In this document: positions 62,891 through 64,000 of the stretch, piece by piece
Position numbering within the stretch: the stretch's first letter is position 1
Layout of the letters: each line of letters starts with the position of its first letter
DNA from: Octopus bimaculoides
Lineage: Eukaryota
Reading direction: 5' to 3'
NCBI RefSeq assembly: GCF_001194135.2
Contig: NC_068986.1
Location: 4,410,875 to 4,474,874 of the forward strand
DNA: 64,000 bases
Position numbers and translations under genes: made by a program
The notes under the pieces: generated by a model
The model's database searches: none
What the model was told of the DNA's origin: nothing
What the model saw: only the letters and a program-made list of their open reading frames with translations

Positions 62891-63711
62891 CAACATACTC
62901 TGTGGGATGGATGGCAAATTGTATGTCTGGATAGATTTCTTCTCAACTGAAGTTGGTATAAAGAGTATAGCTACAGTAGTGATAAGTGATAAATGTGTCC
63001 TCAAATTTTAATGTATATTATGATTGCAATTAACCAACTTATTGTTATCTGTAGTGCATATATCATAATCACAATACAATGCCCAAATATACATCTATTT
63101 TTAAACAGAGTTTTTTAGAAACGCAGATTTTCTACCATCCTACTGAAAAGATACTTATTTATCTAAATATCATTTTCAAATATCGCATATGGAAGTTATT
63201 TGAAGATATATAAGGAAGTTCAAAACATCAAAAGTATATGCGTCGCATTGAATAGGTTTGTTCTTTTCAAATTGAAATATTTGGCTTAATGCTTTTCTGA
63301 TTATTGTGTTCTTGCATTGTTGTTACTAGGAATTGAAAACAATGTTATTAATTACATTTCAAAAGAGAAAACATTTTATATTGTACTGTAATTATTTAAA
63401 TCATTCCTTTCACAGTTGTAATTACCAAGTGTTTATCATTCCCTTGAGATATTTTACATAACTTGCCTAGCATCCATATTGAAAATGCATAAATATAAAC
63501 AGTAATGACAGTACAAAACTTCATCAATATATAATAGTGCATTATTTTTTCTTTAAATCTTATGATATATAAGATATGAAGAGAAAGCAGTCCAAGTTGG
63601 TATCTGAAATTTACTTTTATAAACTATATGATTCCCTTGTGAATATCTATTTATTTATTGGCAAGTAACAGTTTGCTGTGTGCATGTTTTATTGTTGTTG
63701 TTGCTGGTGAT

Positions 63712-63712
<1 letters not shown>

Positions 63713-63778
<66 letters not shown>
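63713..63778. repeat. (GT)n microsatellite
   Basis: Uninterrupted GT run. Confidence 0.97.
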
Positions 63779-63779
<1 letters not shown>

Positions 63780-64000
63780 TCAAATAACCATTTTATAATA
63801 TCATTCCCCAGTTTTTATTTCAAATCCTCATTAATTGTTGAATTTGTAAAATCCACTGATTGCGAGATTTGTAAAAATCACTATTATTAAAGTTAATTAA
63901 TCAAGGAATGTTATGTAGCATTACATGCCACTTAACACCAATTATTTATTATCTGTATCAGTTTTATTAATTTGCTTTTTCAAATTATAAATCTCTTGAA

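Overview
AT-rich, repeat-dense eukaryotic DNA with many microsatellites and N gaps. The repeat families resemble those I recall from coleoid cephalopods (most likely Octopus); this is an inference, not a database result. I could not recognise a host protein-coding gene, rRNA, functional tRNA or CRISPR array, so the window reads as intergenic or deep intronic. Most ORF-track entries are artefacts of microsatellites or N gaps. The explainable content is mostly mobile DNA: a DD34D mariner inserted into a decayed RTE LINE; two RTE copies with a PHD finger inside the reverse transcriptase; an RTE 3' end with C2H2 fingers; an R4/Dong-like fragment in a (TAA)n tract; two Gypsy integrase remnants; two Helitron copies; a Merlin/hAT-like MITE carrying telomere-type repeats; TTAA (piggyBac-like) MITEs; and three tRNA-derived SINE families (here called A, B and C). 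The most striking element is a Penelope-like insertion (36451-37379) with a GIY-YIG remnant between inverted pseudo-LTRs that each carry a tRNA-like module, an (AAT)n tract and a minimal hammerhead ribozyme. An unexplained 24/24/21-bp higher-order minisatellite keeps a Cys-rich frame open for about 103 codons. Boundaries of decayed repeats are approximate.
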